DNA of 64,000 nt from an uncultured Planctomycetaceae bacterium (GTDB lineage: Bacteria; Planctomycetota; Planctomycetia; Pirellulales; PALSA-1355). The number at the start of each line of letters is the position of its first letter. The first letter of the stretch is position 1. Of the stretch, positions 22,446-33,923 are shown piece after piece. The stretch is taken from positions 416,001 to 480,000 of the forward strand of contig CAWAUV010000005.1 of NCBI GenBank assembly GCA_963785305.1, given 5' to 3'. Made by a program: the position numbers and the translations under genes. The notes under the pieces were generated by a model that worked only from the letters and a program-made list of their open reading frames with translations, searched no databases and was not told the DNA's origin.

Positions 22446-23297
22446 TCACCGCGCGGGACCGCCGCTGGCGAACTCGATCACCACTTCCGAGGGCTCGGCC
22501 GCCGCGACATCGAGCCGTGTTTCAAAGCGCGCTCCATGAGGCAGAAGCTGCGAGATCTTCACGTCGGCGTCGGGCCCGGCAATCGTTTCGACCTCGCAGC
22601 TTGGTGTCGCGAGAAAGGGTGGGCAGAACGCGACATGCGCATGGGCCACGCGTTGGCCGGTATCGAATCGCACCCGTACCCGACCTGAAACCCAATGCAC
22701 GCCGTCGGGTTCTTCACGCCGCGTCAACTGCTGAACGATATCATCGGCCAGCGGCGCATCATCGGCCAAGAACGAGTCATCGGTTAGCGATGATTCGCTC
22801 GCGAGATGTTCGGCGGCGATCGGCCCACGGTTGGCCAAGAGCGCCTCGGCGGCGGCGAGCATTGCGAAGCTCGGGCCAACACTGGGCGCCTCCGGCGAGG
22901 CGACCAAGCGTATCGGGGAATTACGCGACAATGCGTCGAGTCGTTCAAGCCGGCTCCAAGCAACGAATGTTGCAATGGCCGCCACGAAGCCCCAGATCGC
23001 CAACGAAATATTGGTCTGCCCGGGCGTCGCGCCGGCGGGCGCCGTGAGTCCAGCAGCGAGCAGCCACATGGTCGCGGCCATGGCGAGCGTCACGCGGCGC
23101 CGAGTCGCCACGTTTTCGCGATCGGCCAATCGCCAAGCGATCTCGCCGCCCGCAATCGCGAGGCCCGCCGCGGCTAACACGAAGTCCAGCGGGGGCGGCT
23201 GATCGAACGCGCCGAAGGCTCGTCGCAAACCGACAACGCCGCTCGCCGCGAGTAGCATCGCCGCAAGCGCGACGGCCGCCGTTTTGCGACCAGTCAT
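22446..23297 (-). CDS. Hypothetical membrane protein with a C-terminal beta-rich domain
   Basis: About 4 TM segments, then HVAFCPPF..TP domain. Confidence 0.6.
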   Translation of the reverse strand: MTGRKTAAVALAAMLLAASGVVGLRRAFGAFDQPPPLDFVLAAAGLAIAGGEIAWRLADRENVATRRRVTLAMAATMWLLAAGLTAPAGATPGQTNISLAIWGFVAAIATFVAWSRLERLDALSRNSPIRLVASPEAPSVGPSFAMLAAAEALLANRGPIAAEHLASESSLTDDSFLADDAPLADDIVQQLTRREEPDGVHWVSGRVRVRFDTGQRVAHAHVAFCPPFLATPSCEVETIAGPDADVKISQLLPHGARFETRLDVAAAEPSEVVIEFASGGPAR

Positions 23298-23414
23298 GGT
23301 GATTGTGACGCACGGAGCCGGCGCGGCCGCCTGGGAGCGGTGATGTGTGCGCGGGGATTCGCCGGTCGAGGCCATGGCCGAATTTTTCGAGCGTCGAACC
23401 GTGTGAATGTGCCG

Positions 23415-24605
23415 TTAGCGCGCGGCGGCCACGGCGCCCACGCCGGCCAACTCGGCCAGTTCCGGAGCCCGATCCGTGGATTCCCAAGTAAACTCGGGCT
23501 CGCTCCGGCCGAAATGCCCGCCCGCGGCGGTCTTGCGGAAGATCGGTCGCCGCAGGTCCAAGTGGCGGATAATGCCGCTCGGCGTGAGGGGGAAGTGCTT
23601 TCGCACCAACTCGCAAATCTTGGCGTCCTTGATCCGACCGGTGCCTTGGGTGTCGACAAACACGCTCACCGGCTCGCTCACGCCAATGGCATACGCCAAC
23701 TGCACTTCGCAGCGATCGGCCAAGCCGGCGGCCACGATATTCTTGGCGATGTGCCGCGCCATGTAAGCGGCGCTGCGATCGACCTTGGTGGCGTCTTTGC
23801 CGCTGAAGGCGCCGCCGCCATGTCGGCCCCAGCCGCCGTACGTGTCGACGATGATCTTGCGGCCCGTGAGACCGCAGTCGCCATGAGGCCCGCCCACAAC
23901 GAAGCGGCCCGTCGGGTTGATGTGGTACTTGATGTCGCTCGTCACAAGCCGTTCGGGCAAGCTCGGCTTGATCACTTCGTCGATGATGAACTTACGAATC
24001 TCGGGATGCTCGATGTCGGGCGAGTGTTGGGTCGAAAGCACCACGGTGTCGACGCGCACCGGGCGAAAGCCATCGTATTCGATCGTTACTTGGCTCTTGG
24101 CGTCGGGCCGCAACCAAGCGATGCCCGAATCGCGACGCAGGTCCGTCACCCGGTTGATGATGCGATGCGCCAGCGCGATCGGCAGCGGCATCAACTCCTC
24201 GGTGTCGTTGCAGGCATAGCCGAACATCAGCCCCTGGTCGCCGGCGCCGATTTCCTTGCCGGCCGACTGGTCTTCGTTCACGCCCTGGGCAATGTCGGGG
24301 CTTTGTTTGTCGATGGCCACCATCACGGCGCAGGTGTCGGCGCAAATGCCCATGTGATCGTCGACATAGCCGACGTCGCGAATCACATTGCGCACCACGT
24401 CGGCATAGGAGATCACGGCCTGGGTCGTGATTTCGCCGGCGATGATCGCGATGCCGGTCGTGACCATGGTCTCGCAGGCCACGCGGCTCAGGGGATCTTG
24501 GGCGAGCAGAGCGTCCAAAACGCCGTCGGAAATCTGGTCCGCGAGTTTGTCCGGATGGCCCATGCTGACGGATTCACTGGTAAACAAATACTTGCCTGCT
24601 GCCAC
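23415..24605 (-). CDS. metK: S-adenosylmethionine synthetase
   Basis: [42 protein letters not shown]. Confidence 0.97.
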   Translation of the reverse strand: MAAGKYLFTSESVSMGHPDKLADQISDGVLDALLAQDPLSRVACETMVTTGIAIIAGEITTQAVISYADVVRNVIRDVGYVDDHMGICADTCAVMVAIDKQSPDIAQGVNEDQSAGKEIGAGDQGLMFGYACNDTEELMPLPIALAHRIINRVTDLRRDSGIAWLRPDAKSQVTIEYDGFRPVRVDTVVLSTQHSPDIEHPEIRKFIIDEVIKPSLPERLVTSDIKYHINPTGRFVVGGPHGDCGLTGRKIIVDTYGGWGRHGGGAFSGKDATKVDRSAAYMARHIAKNIVAAGLADRCEVQLAYAIGVSEPVSVFVDTQGTGRIKDAKICELVRKHFPLTPSGIIRHLDLRRPIFRKTAAGGHFGRSEPEFTWESTDRAPELAELAGVGAVAAAR

Positions 24606-24700
24606 GAAACGATCTCCTGTCGAAAAAACCTGACTGCCGCGCCAGGGGGCCAAAAACGCCGATCACCCGCGAGACCCGTGCTCGCTTGGCGACTGGGAAA

Positions 24701-24730
24701 AGTATAGCAGGACATTTCGCGGGCTCGCAA
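24701..24730 (-). promoter_or_regulatory. Putative sigma70 promoter of metK
   Basis: TTGCGA-18 nt-TATACT with extended -10 TG on the minus strand. Confidence 0.5.
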
Positions 24731-25057
24731 CCACGCTTTGCGGAGGCCTTTCGGGCAATTCGCCGCGAATCGATGCTCCCGGCGGTCCTCGTGGGCTCGC
24801 GCTCGGAGCATCATCGCGACCGATCGGTGACGATTCCGCGCCTGGAGAAGGGCGGCCGGAACTTGTGCCGGAAAGCCAGCGGATGTCCGCGGCGCCGGCA
24901 ACATGGCGCGACAGCGCCGGTTTTTCCGACCATGCGGGGATCGCGCGGTCAATTCGGCGCGAATTCCGCCGCCGAGGTGATTCGACGCTCTCGGCGCCCC
25001 CCGGATTTCGGACCTAGAGTTGTGAGCGAGATACCCGAGCTTTTCGAGCGCCCCGCG

Positions 25058-25201
25058 ATGGACAAGCCTTTTTATGTGCTGATATACAAAGCCACGATCC
25101 ACTGGTTCGACCGGCTCGACCGGCAAGATTGGTTGATCGTGTTGTTCGTGGGCATGTGCCTGAGCTTGTTGTGCATGCGAGGAACCGGGGCGAGAGCCTG
25201 A
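25058..25201 (+). CDS. Candidate small single-TM protein (47 aa)
   Basis: MDKPFYVLIYKATIHWFDRLDRQDWLIVLFVGMCLSLLCMRGTGARA: amphipathic segment, TM helix, basic tail. Confidence 0.5.
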   Translation: MDKPFYVLIYKATIHWFDRLDRQDWLIVLFVGMCLSLLCMRGTGARA

Positions 25202-25275
25202 CGGATTCCCAACGGCGATTCCGCGAGAGATTTTTGGTTTCTAAGAACAGCTAGACATCGGTAGTAGGCTATCGC

Positions 25276-26199
25276 ATGGATATCACTAATTTTTCGATTC
25301 CCACGCCGCTGGCCTTGGCGATTATCGCCCTGTTCGGCTATGTGATTGGTCGGGCAGGTCGAGCTCGGCCCGCCGTTGAAATCGACCAAGCGCGGCGCGA
25401 ACTGAAGCGCGCCAAAAGCGTGGCGAAGGAGCTCGAGTCGATCGCCGACGCCATTCGCAAGAATCTGGCCCAGCATTCGGGCAGCATCGAGCATTTCAAG
25501 GATCGGGTGTTCGAGCTCGGCTCGCAGAATCAAGAAGCCGCTTGGCAAGAGCTTTGCCGCGAAGCCGAGGAGATGCTCAAGCCCACGCTCCGCCTGGCCG
25601 CGCAGATTGCCCACGCCTACGACGAAATTCGCCAGCAGTCGAACCACCTGATGTCGTTTACCGAAGTGCGCACCGATCCTTTGACGAAGGTGAGCAATCG
25701 CCGCGCGCTCGACGAAACCTTGGAGACCATGTTTTCGCTTCTGAATCGCTACAACCAACGATTCTCGATCGCGATTCTCGACATCGACCACTTCAAGCGG
25801 CTCAACGACGCGCACGGACACCTGTTTGGCGACGCCACTTTGCAGAGCGTGGCCAAGAACATCGACAACAATGTTCGCGAGACCGATGTCGTGGCCCGCT
25901 ACGGCGGCGAGGAGTTCGTCGTCATCATGCCGCACACGGCGCTCGAGGGAGCGGCGATATTCGCCGATCGGCTCCGAGCCAAGGTCGAGTCGCAACTCAA
26001 CCTCACGGTGAGCGGCGGCGTGGCCGAAGCGCTCGACGGCGACACGCCGCAAAGCCTGCTGACCCGCAGCGACGCCGCGCTCTACAGCGCCAAAGCCGCC
26101 GGCCGCAACCGTGTGTTCCGCCATAATGGCACGGAAATCGAACCGGTCGAACCGGAAGACGCCAGCCGGCCGCCCTCGGCGGAACCGGCCGCTATTTGA
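25276..26199 (+). CDS. Membrane-anchored diguanylate cyclase
   Basis: N-terminal TM, coiled coil, TDPLT, DIDHFK, I-site RETD, RYGGEEF. Confidence 0.93.
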   Translation: MDITNFSIPTPLALAIIALFGYVIGRAGRARPAVEIDQARRELKRAKSVAKELESIADAIRKNLAQHSGSIEHFKDRVFELGSQNQEAAWQELCREAEEMLKPTLRLAAQIAHAYDEIRQQSNHLMSFTEVRTDPLTKVSNRRALDETLETMFSLLNRYNQRFSIAILDIDHFKRLNDAHGHLFGDATLQSVAKNIDNNVRETDVVARYGGEEFVVIMPHTALEGAAIFADRLRAKVESQLNLTVSGGVAEALDGDTPQSLLTRSDAALYSAKAAGRNRVFRHNGTEIEPVEPEDASRPPSAEPAAI

Positions 26200-26262
26200 A
26201 ACGCGCCGCGCGGGCGGCGGTTGCGTGAACCCGTCCGCGGAGCGGGCGGTTGCCCGAGCGGC

Positions 26263-27953
26263 TCAACGCGCCTCGCTCGTGGCGCCGCGCGAGCCGGGCG
26301 TATCGCGAATGGCTTTCAACCGCGCTTCCATGCTGGCCACGCGGTCGGGATGCCGGTCGGCCACGCTGTTTTTCTCCGCCGGATCGGTCGCCAGATCGAA
26401 AAGCTCCGCACTCTTGGCGCCGGCCGCCACCGTCGGATGCTTGCCCCGCGCCGCGAGCGGCACGAGCTTCCATGAACCCTCGCGCAGCGAGAGCGTGGCC
26501 GGGCCGGTGGCTTGCTCGACCAATTCCGCGCGGCCGCGCTGGTCGTCGCCCAAGAGGGCCGGCAACATACTCTGGCTATCGCTCGCGCTTCGTTCGCCCG
26601 AGGGCGCCGCGCCAGCCGATGATTCCGCCGCCGGCAATGTTTGCCCCAGCAGCGCCGCCAGCGAGGCGAGTAAATCGACCTGGCACACCAGCGCCGGCGA
26701 CTCGCCCGGCTTGACATGGCCCGGCCAGCGCACGATGAATGGAACTCGCGTGCCGCCTTCGTAGGGCGAATACTTTCCGCCGCGCCAGGGACCAGCCGGT
26801 TGGTGGTCTTTCAGTTCCATGACCGAGCCATCGGCATAGCCATCGTCGACCACCGGTCCATTGTCGCTGGTGACGATCACGAGCGTGTTGTCGGCGATGC
26901 CCAGTCGATCGATCGCCGCGAGCACTTGGCCCACGGTGTCGTCGAACTCCACGATCACATCGCCCCGCGCTCCGCACCGGCTCTTGCCCAGGAAGCGGGA
27001 ATGCGGCAGGCGTGGCACATGCACGTCGTGCGTGGCCAAGTAGAGGAAAAATGGCCGCGTCGCCATGCCGCCGCCCGCCGCCATCGGCTTTGCCGATTGC
27101 TCCATAAACGCGATCGCTTGTTGAGCCAAGGTGTCGGCCATCGTTTGGTCGTTCCACTGGGCTGCCTTGCCGCCGGTCATGTGCCCAATGCGGCTGACGC
27201 CGTTGACGATCGTGCCGTCGTGTCCGTGCGAAAGCTTCATCGTCAACTGCTCGGGATGTTCGCGGCCGGTCGGTTCATCCGCAAGTTGCTTGTTGTAGCT
27301 GACCGTGATCGGATCTTTGGCGTCGAGATTGGCCACGCGATGGTTTTCCACATAGACACAGGGCACGCGGTCGCCCGTGGCCGGCAGAATGAAACATTGG
27401 TCGAAGCCGATCTCGAGTGGGCCCGGCTTGATCTCGCCGTTCCAATCGATGTCTCCGGCGCCGAGCCCCAAGTGCCACTTGCCGACGCAATCGGTCGCAT
27501 AGCCCGCCCGGCGGAGCATGGAGGGCAACGTGAGGCTCCCGGCGCGATAATCAATTTGGCGTCGCCGGGCAATATCTCCGTGCCCTTGCGCCGCCAAGGA
27601 TATTGGCCCGTGAGCAGGGCAAAGCGGCTGGGGGTGCAGGTGGCGCTGGTCGCATGCGCATCGGTAAACTTGAGCCCCTGGGCCGCGAGCCGATCGAGAT
27701 GCGGCGTTTCCACGGCCTTGGCGCCATTGCAGCCGAGATCGCCATAGCCGATGTCGTCGGCCAAAATCAACACGATGTTGGGCTGGTCCGACTTATGACT
27801 CGCGACATCGGCAACTGCCCGGCTCGAAGCGGTCGGCGGACCAAACAGCAAGAAGATCGCCGCGATGAACAAGGCGACCGCTCTCGCGGCCGTGGCCAGG
27901 GATGGCGACCGCGGGCGGTGCGCGGGCAAAAGCGACATTTGCATGGTGGGCAT
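26263..27953 (-). CDS. Secreted arylsulfatase-family sulfatase (frameshift near 27545)
   Basis: [12 protein letters not shown], formylglycine motif CTPSR, GKWHLG, SDNG, EGGTRVP. Confidence 0.9.
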
Positions 27954-28095
27954 GGATAATCTCACGAAACTCGAGGACCGCGACGGCGACGCCGCGGAGC
28001 AACAGCCGAGCCACCAAGCCACTATCAACGCCCGACTTCGCCGCGTCAACATAGCGAGACGGGAACGCAAAAGTCGTCAAGCGGCGGGAGAACAC

Positions 28096-28279
28096 CACAA
28101 GCTTGAAGCGCGAGCGAAAGAAATCCGGATTCGTTGACAGCTCACAAGCGTGAAGCGCAAGCGAAAGAAAATCCTTCGCTGGCGGCCCGGGGTCATGTCG
28201 GCGCCGCGGCTTCCTCATGCGCTTCGGGCCGGTGCTGACGGTTCGGCGGCGCAGCCTGTTGAAAAATTTCGACAGGCTA
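28096..28279. repeat. REP cluster plus terminal fragment of MITE family A
   Basis: Two CACAAGC.TGAAGCGC.AGCGAAAGAAA copies with inverted partners; CGGCGGCGCAGCCTGTTGAAAAATTTCGACAGGCT matches 3277-3309. Confidence 0.6.
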
Positions 28280-28672
28280 TTGAGTCCCTTTGTCCTGCAA
28301 TCGCCGCATCACCGACCAGACTTCATGCAGCGAGTGTTCATAGGCCGCGTCGGTTCTAGCGCCGGCGTGGCCGCGCAGGGCTCCGACGGCGGATTTGAAA
28401 TTGTCGTAGTCGGTGTCGTCGGCGAGCTGCGCCAGAGTCTCGCGCCACGCGGCTTTGGTCGCGAAGAGCCGGAAGGCGTAATCGGTTCCCGCCGACGCCA
28501 GGACTTCGCTCGCGCCCAACAGATCGGGGAATCGCTCCCGCAGCGCCTCCAAATGGCCGCGCGCCCGGGCACGGACCATGACGCGCTCCGGATCGACTGG
28601 CTGGTGGCGACCTCCATCGCCCTGGCGGGCACACACGGCGCTAAAAAATCCGTAGCGGGTAAAAATCCACAT
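28277..28672 (-). CDS. Conserved hypothetical protein
   Basis: 131 aa, MWIFTRYGFFSAV...VRAR...TDYAFR...DYDNFK; typical GC3 codon bias. Confidence 0.7.
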   Translation of the reverse strand: MWIFTRYGFFSAVCARQGDGGRHQPVDPERVMVRARARGHLEALRERFPDLLGASEVLASAGTDYAFRLFATKAAWRETLAQLADDTDYDNFKSAVGALRGHAGARTDAAYEHSLHEVWSVMRRLQDKGTQ

Positions 28673-29006
28673 CGAGGGACGGCTCCTGCTGGGGGACTTT
28701 GCCGCTCCAGACGCGACGACGTGGCGGCTTCTGGGGGGTTATAACGCCCCGCGGCGCGGAAAGCGAACGAAACCGCCCGCCCCGGAGCCCGCTGGCCCCA
28801 ACCGGGCTGCTTGATCGATTGGCGCCTACGTGCTAATTTCGAGGGATTTTATGGCGGGCGGTCTGACAATGCCCGCCGCGGGCGCGGCCATGGGTCGCCG
28901 CGCGCCCGCGGGGGACCTGCCGGCTGGGCGCAATGAGAGTGCTCGGCCGCGGGAAGAGTGCCCGCCCCCGACGAACCCCAGAGTCTTACGAAGGTAAACG
29001 AACAAC

Positions 29007-32000
29007 GTGCCGCGACGCGACGATATTCATAAAATTCTGCTCATCGGCTCGGGCCCGATCGTCATTGGTCAGGCCTGTGAGTTCGATTATTCGGGCACTC
29101 AAGCTTGCAAGGCCCTGCGCGAAGAAGGCTACGAGGTGGTGCTAGTCAATTCGAACCCGGCCACGATCATGACCGATCCGGGCATGGCCGACCGCACCTA
29201 TATCGAGCCCCTGACCTGGGACCTGCTGGCCAAAGTGATCGAGGCCGAGCGGCCCGATGCTCTCTTGCCCACGCTCGGCGGCCAAACCGCGCTCAACCTG
29301 GCCATGGAACTGGCCGAACATGGCGTGCTCGAGCGCGTATGGGGTCGAGATGATCGGCGCCAATCCACGCGTGATCGCCAAGGCCGAGAATCGCGAGGAA
29401 TTCAAGTCGGCCATGGAGCAGATCGGCCTCGAATGCTGCCGCGGCGAGACGGTGCGCACCCTCGGCGACGCGCGGCGCGTGCTCGGCGAGATCGGGCTGC
29501 CCTGCGTGATTCGTCCCAGCTTCACGATGGGCGGCTCGGGCTCGGCCATTGCCTACAACCGCGAGGATTTCGAGCTGCTGGTGGCCCGCGGGCTCGATCT
29601 TTCGCCGGTCACCGAGGTGCTGCTCGAAGAATCGATTCTCGGGTGGAAAGAATACGAAATGGAGGTGATGCGCGACGCCGACGACAATGTGGTGATTATC
29701 TGCTCGATCGAAAATTTCGATCCCTGCGGCGTGCATACCGGCGACTCGATCACCGTGGCCCCGGCCCAAACGCTCTCGGACAAGGAATACCAGCGAATGC
29801 GCGACGCCTCGCTGGCCGTGATTCGCGAGATCGGTGTCGAGACCGGCGGGTCGAACATTCAGTTCGCGGTGCATCCGAAGACTGGCCGCATGATCGTGAT
29901 CGAGATGAATCCACGCGTGAGCCGCTCGAGCGCGTTGGCCTCGAAAGCCACCGGTTTTCCCATCGCCAAGATCGCGGCGAAGCTGGCCGTGGGCTATCGG
30001 CTGCACGAACTGCCCAACGACATTACGCGCGAGACGATGGCCTGCTTCGAGCCGACGATCGATTATGTCGTGACGAAGATCCCGCGGTTCGCCTTCGAAA
30101 AATTTCCCGAAGCCGACGCCACGCTCACCACGCAAATGAAAAGCGTGGGCGAGACCATGGCGATCGGCCGCACGTTCAAGGAGTCGTTTCAAAAAGCGCT
30201 TCGCGGCCTCGAGGTCGGCAGTTTCGGCTTCGGCTGCGACCACAAGGACCTCTGGAACACGCCGGCCCAGCCGGCCCGCGAGGAGATTCGCGCCACGATC
30301 GCCACTCCCGGCGCCGACCGCGTGTGGTATTTGCGCTATGCGATCAAAGACGGCATGAGCCTCGAGGAAATCCATAAGCTCACGCATATTGATCCCTGGT
30401 TCTTGAACAACCTGCTCGAAATCGTCGAGCTGGAAGACAAGCTCCGGGCTTGCCCCGGCTTGCGGGAAGCATCAACCGAACTCCTGCGCGAAGCCAAACG
30501 CGGCGGCTTTTCGGATCGACAACTTTCGCATCTTTGGAACACGACCGAAAACGACGTGCGCGAGCAGCGCAAGCGCCATGGAGTCGTGGCCACGTTCAAA
30601 TCGGTCGATACCTGCGCCGCCGAGTTCGAGGCTTATACCCCTTATTACTATTCAACCTACGAAGATGAAGACGAAACTCCGCCCAAGCCCGAGGGCGTCA
30701 AGCGGATCATGATCCTGGGCGGCGGGCCGAATCGCATCGGGCAAGGCATCGAGTTCGACTATTGCTGCTGCCATGCGAGCTTTGCCCTGCGCGAACTCGG
30801 CATCCAGTCGGTGATGGTCAATTCGAATCCCGAAACAGTCAGCACCGACTACGACACGAGCGACATGCTCTTCTTCGAGCCGCTCACGACCGAGGATGTG
30901 CTGAACATCGCCGATCGCGTGGCGCCCGATGGCGTCATCGTGCAGTTTGGCGGGCAGACGCCGCTGAATTTGGCCCGCGGCTTGGCGGCGGCCGGGCTGC
31001 CGATCATCGGCACGAGCGTCGACACGATCGACGAGGCCGAGGATCGCGAGAAATTCGCCGACGTGCTCCGAAGTCTCGATCTCAAGCAACCGCCCAATGG
31101 CATTGCCCGCAGCATGGCCGAAGCACGGCAAGAGGCGGCCCGAATCGGGTATCCGGCGCTGGTGCGCCCCAGCTTCGTGCTGGGCGGTCGGGCGATGGAA
31201 ATCTGCTACGACAATTCCCAGCTCGAGCGCTATGTGGCCGAGGCGTTTGTCGTGGCCCAAGGTCAGCCGGTGCTGATCGATAGTTTTCTCGAAGACGCCA
31301 CCGAGGTCGATGTCGACGCCGTGTGCGATGGCCAGGAGGTGATCGTGGCCGGCGTCATGGAGCATATCGAAGAGGCCGGCATTCACTCGGGCGACTCGGC
31401 CTGCGCGATTCCGCCCTATAGCCTCGCCGGCCCGGTGGTCGAGGAAATTCGCCAAGCCACGAAAGCGCTGGCCTATAAGCTGCGCGTCATAGGGCTGATG
31501 AATATCCAATTCGCGGTGAAAAAAGACGACAACGCGGCTCTATGTGCTCGAAGTCAATCCGCGCCAGCCGCACGGCGCCGTTTGTCTCGAAGGCCACGGG
31601 AATGCCGCTCGCCAAGATCGCGGCCAAGTGCATGGTCGGCGTGTCGCTCGCCGAGCAGGGGTTCACCTGCGAGCCAATTCCCAGCCATGTGTCGGTCAAG
31701 GAGAGTGTGTTTCCATTCCGCAAGTTCGCGGGCGTCGATATCGTGCTCGGGCCGGAGATGCGTTCGACCGGCGAAGTGATGGGTTCCAGCGAGCGGTTTT
31801 CGATCGCCTTTGCCAAAAGCCAGCTCGCCGCCGGCACCGTGCTGCCAAGCGAGGGCACGATCTTTCTAAGTGTCGCCGCTCGCGCCAAGGAGCAAATGGT
31901 CGACCTCGCCCGGCGGCTCTCGGCGATCGGATTCAAACTCATGGCCACGCACGGCACGGCCATGCGGCTTGAAGAGGCGGGCGTGGCGGTGCAGCATGTC

Positions 32001-32273
32001 AATAAGTTGCAAGAAGGCCACCCGAACCTGCTCGATCACTTGATCGATGGCCGGATTCAGTTGATTCTCAACACCCCGAGTGGCAAGGGCGCTCGAACCG
32101 ACGAGGGCCGCATCCGCTCGGCCGCCGTGGCGCACGGAGTGCCTTGCATCACCACGATCCAAGCGGCCGAGGCGGCGGTGCTGGCCATGGAAGCGCTGCG
32201 CGTGGAGGAAATGACGGTCCAATCGCTGCAAGACCGACTGTTTGGCGCCGTGACCGGAGAACGACGCGGGTAA
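29007..32273 (+). CDS. carB: Carbamoyl-phosphate synthase large chain (frameshifts near 29335 and 31550)
   Basis: [55 protein letters not shown]. Confidence 0.95.
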
Positions 32274-32506
32274 ACGCACCGGCGTTGGCTCGGCTTGCCA
32301 AGCCGCGCTCCGCGGCGAACGCGCGACCCCGCAAGATTCTCGCCGCGCTTCGCGGCGCCGGCGCCGGCTCTTGTTTTACGTTGGGGTTCGCCCTACAATC
32401 CGGCGCAAGAGAGCGCTCGCGGGCCGATGTAGCTGCGCCCGCGCCGCGTTTCCGCGTGAACCATGACGAATCATTCCCGCCGGTTCAAAATCGCGTCATG
32501 GCTAGC

Positions 32507-33448
32507 ATGACCAAGAAAGTGATTCTCGACGTCGATCCCGGCTGCGACGATGCGCTGGCGATGGCGATTGCGCTATTCGACCCGGCGATCGAGGTGGTGG
32601 CGGTGACTGCGGTCGGCGGCAATGTGCTGCCCGACCAAGCCACGCGAAATGCGCAGGCGGTCATCGAGCAACTCGATCCGCCGCGCTGGCCGCGGTTGGG
32701 CGTGGCCTCGCTGCCCGAAGACGGCTTGCCGGCCAATCTCACGAATCTTTACGGTTCCGATGGGCTCGGCAATTCGCAGTTCGCAGTCGCCGAGTTGGCC
32801 CATCGCCACGCCTCGGAAAAAGTCATCACCGACGAGGTGCGAACCGCGCCCGACGAAATCACGATCATCGCCCTGGGCCCGCTCACGAATCTGGCCCGGG
32901 CGATTCAGCGCGAACCGACCGCGCCGATCGGTCAGATCGTCATGGCGGGCGGCTCCTTGCACGCCGCCGGCAACATCACCCCGGCGGCCGAGTTCAATAT
33001 TTATTGCGATCCGAGTTCGGCCCGAGCCGTGTTTCGCTCGCCGATCACGAAGACGCTCGTTCCGCTTGAAGTGAGCAGCCAAATCACGCTCAGCTACGAC
33101 TTTCTCAACACGCTGCCCAACGAGCATTCGCGGGCCGGCCGATTTTTGCGGCGCGTGCTCCCCTTCACCTTTCGAGCATATCGACAAACGATCGGCCTCG
33201 AAGGCATCTTTGTCCATGACACGGTCGCGCTCATCGCCGCGCTGCATCCCGAGCTATTCGAGGTGGAGATGATGGCGGGCGATGTGGAACTTGCGGGCGA
33301 GCTCACCACCGGCGCCACGGTGTTCGACCGGCGCCGCGATCGGCAGTGGCGGCCGAACATGGGCGTGGCCATGAGCCTCGACGTCGCGGCGGTGACCGAC
33401 TGCATTTTGCGCGGCATTCAAGCCGCCGAAGCCGCCTCGCGCGACTAA
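32507..33448 (+). CDS. Inosine/uridine-preferring nucleoside hydrolase
   Basis: DVDPGCDD Ca-binding motif, LGPLTNLA, AEFNIYCDP, VHD. Confidence 0.92.
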   Translation: MTKKVILDVDPGCDDALAMAIALFDPAIEVVAVTAVGGNVLPDQATRNAQAVIEQLDPPRWPRLGVASLPEDGLPANLTNLYGSDGLGNSQFAVAELAHRHASEKVITDEVRTAPDEITIIALGPLTNLARAIQREPTAPIGQIVMAGGSLHAAGNITPAAEFNIYCDPSSARAVFRSPITKTLVPLEVSSQITLSYDFLNTLPNEHSRAGRFLRRVLPFTFRAYRQTIGLEGIFVHDTVALIAALHPELFEVEMMAGDVELAGELTTGATVFDRRRDRQWRPNMGVAMSLDVAAVTDCILRGIQAAEAASRD

Positions 33449-33700
33449 GGCCTGGACCAGAAATAGCTTCTACAAGGAACCTTTCCCTTCGGCGGAGGGC
33501 AGGTTTTGGCGGCCTGTTGAAATATTCAACAGGCCGAGCCTCCGCGGGGACGCGGTGTCAAAATAACGACCCAGGTCGTTATTTTGCGAGCCGCGGCAAG
33601 CTTTGCTCGGCGCTTGGCGAGGTTGGAGAATGCCACGAGGGCATTTTTCAACAGGCTGTTGGGGGTCGAGGAACCAGGAAGCCGTTTCCGGTCGTTGTTC
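33449..33700. mobile_element. Degenerate MITE family B copy (inverted) interrupted by a family A MITE
   Basis: 33449-33509 joined to 33663-33700 aligns with the reverse complement of 51846-51944; begins right after the TAA stop. Confidence 0.6.
33510..33658. mobile_element. MITE family A, copy 2 (149 bp)
   Basis: CGGCCTGTTGAAA.../...TTTTTCAACAGGCTG ends with TTGG duplicated on both sides. Confidence 0.8.
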
Positions 33701-33871
33701 ATAGAGTGCCGATCCGGGGATATACGCGCGAATCACGCAGGCTCGGGGGCACGGGTGGCGAATGGCATGCCGATCCCATCGCTTCGCGGTGTCGCTAGGA
33801 CGCCCGCGGTCGCGCCCTCGGAAGTCGCGACAATTCGTTCGGCGGCGCTGGTTCCGTCTCATGGTGTGTCG

Positions 33872-33885
33872 TTGATTGAAATTAA
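33872..33885. promoter_or_regulatory. FNR/CRP-like box upstream of ppk2
   Basis: TTGAT-TGAA-ATTAA, one mismatch to TTGAT-N4-ATCAA, in an AT-rich patch. Confidence 0.4.
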
Positions 33886-33923
33886 CAAGACAAACACGTC
33901 AAATTCCAGGCGGGAGATCGAAG

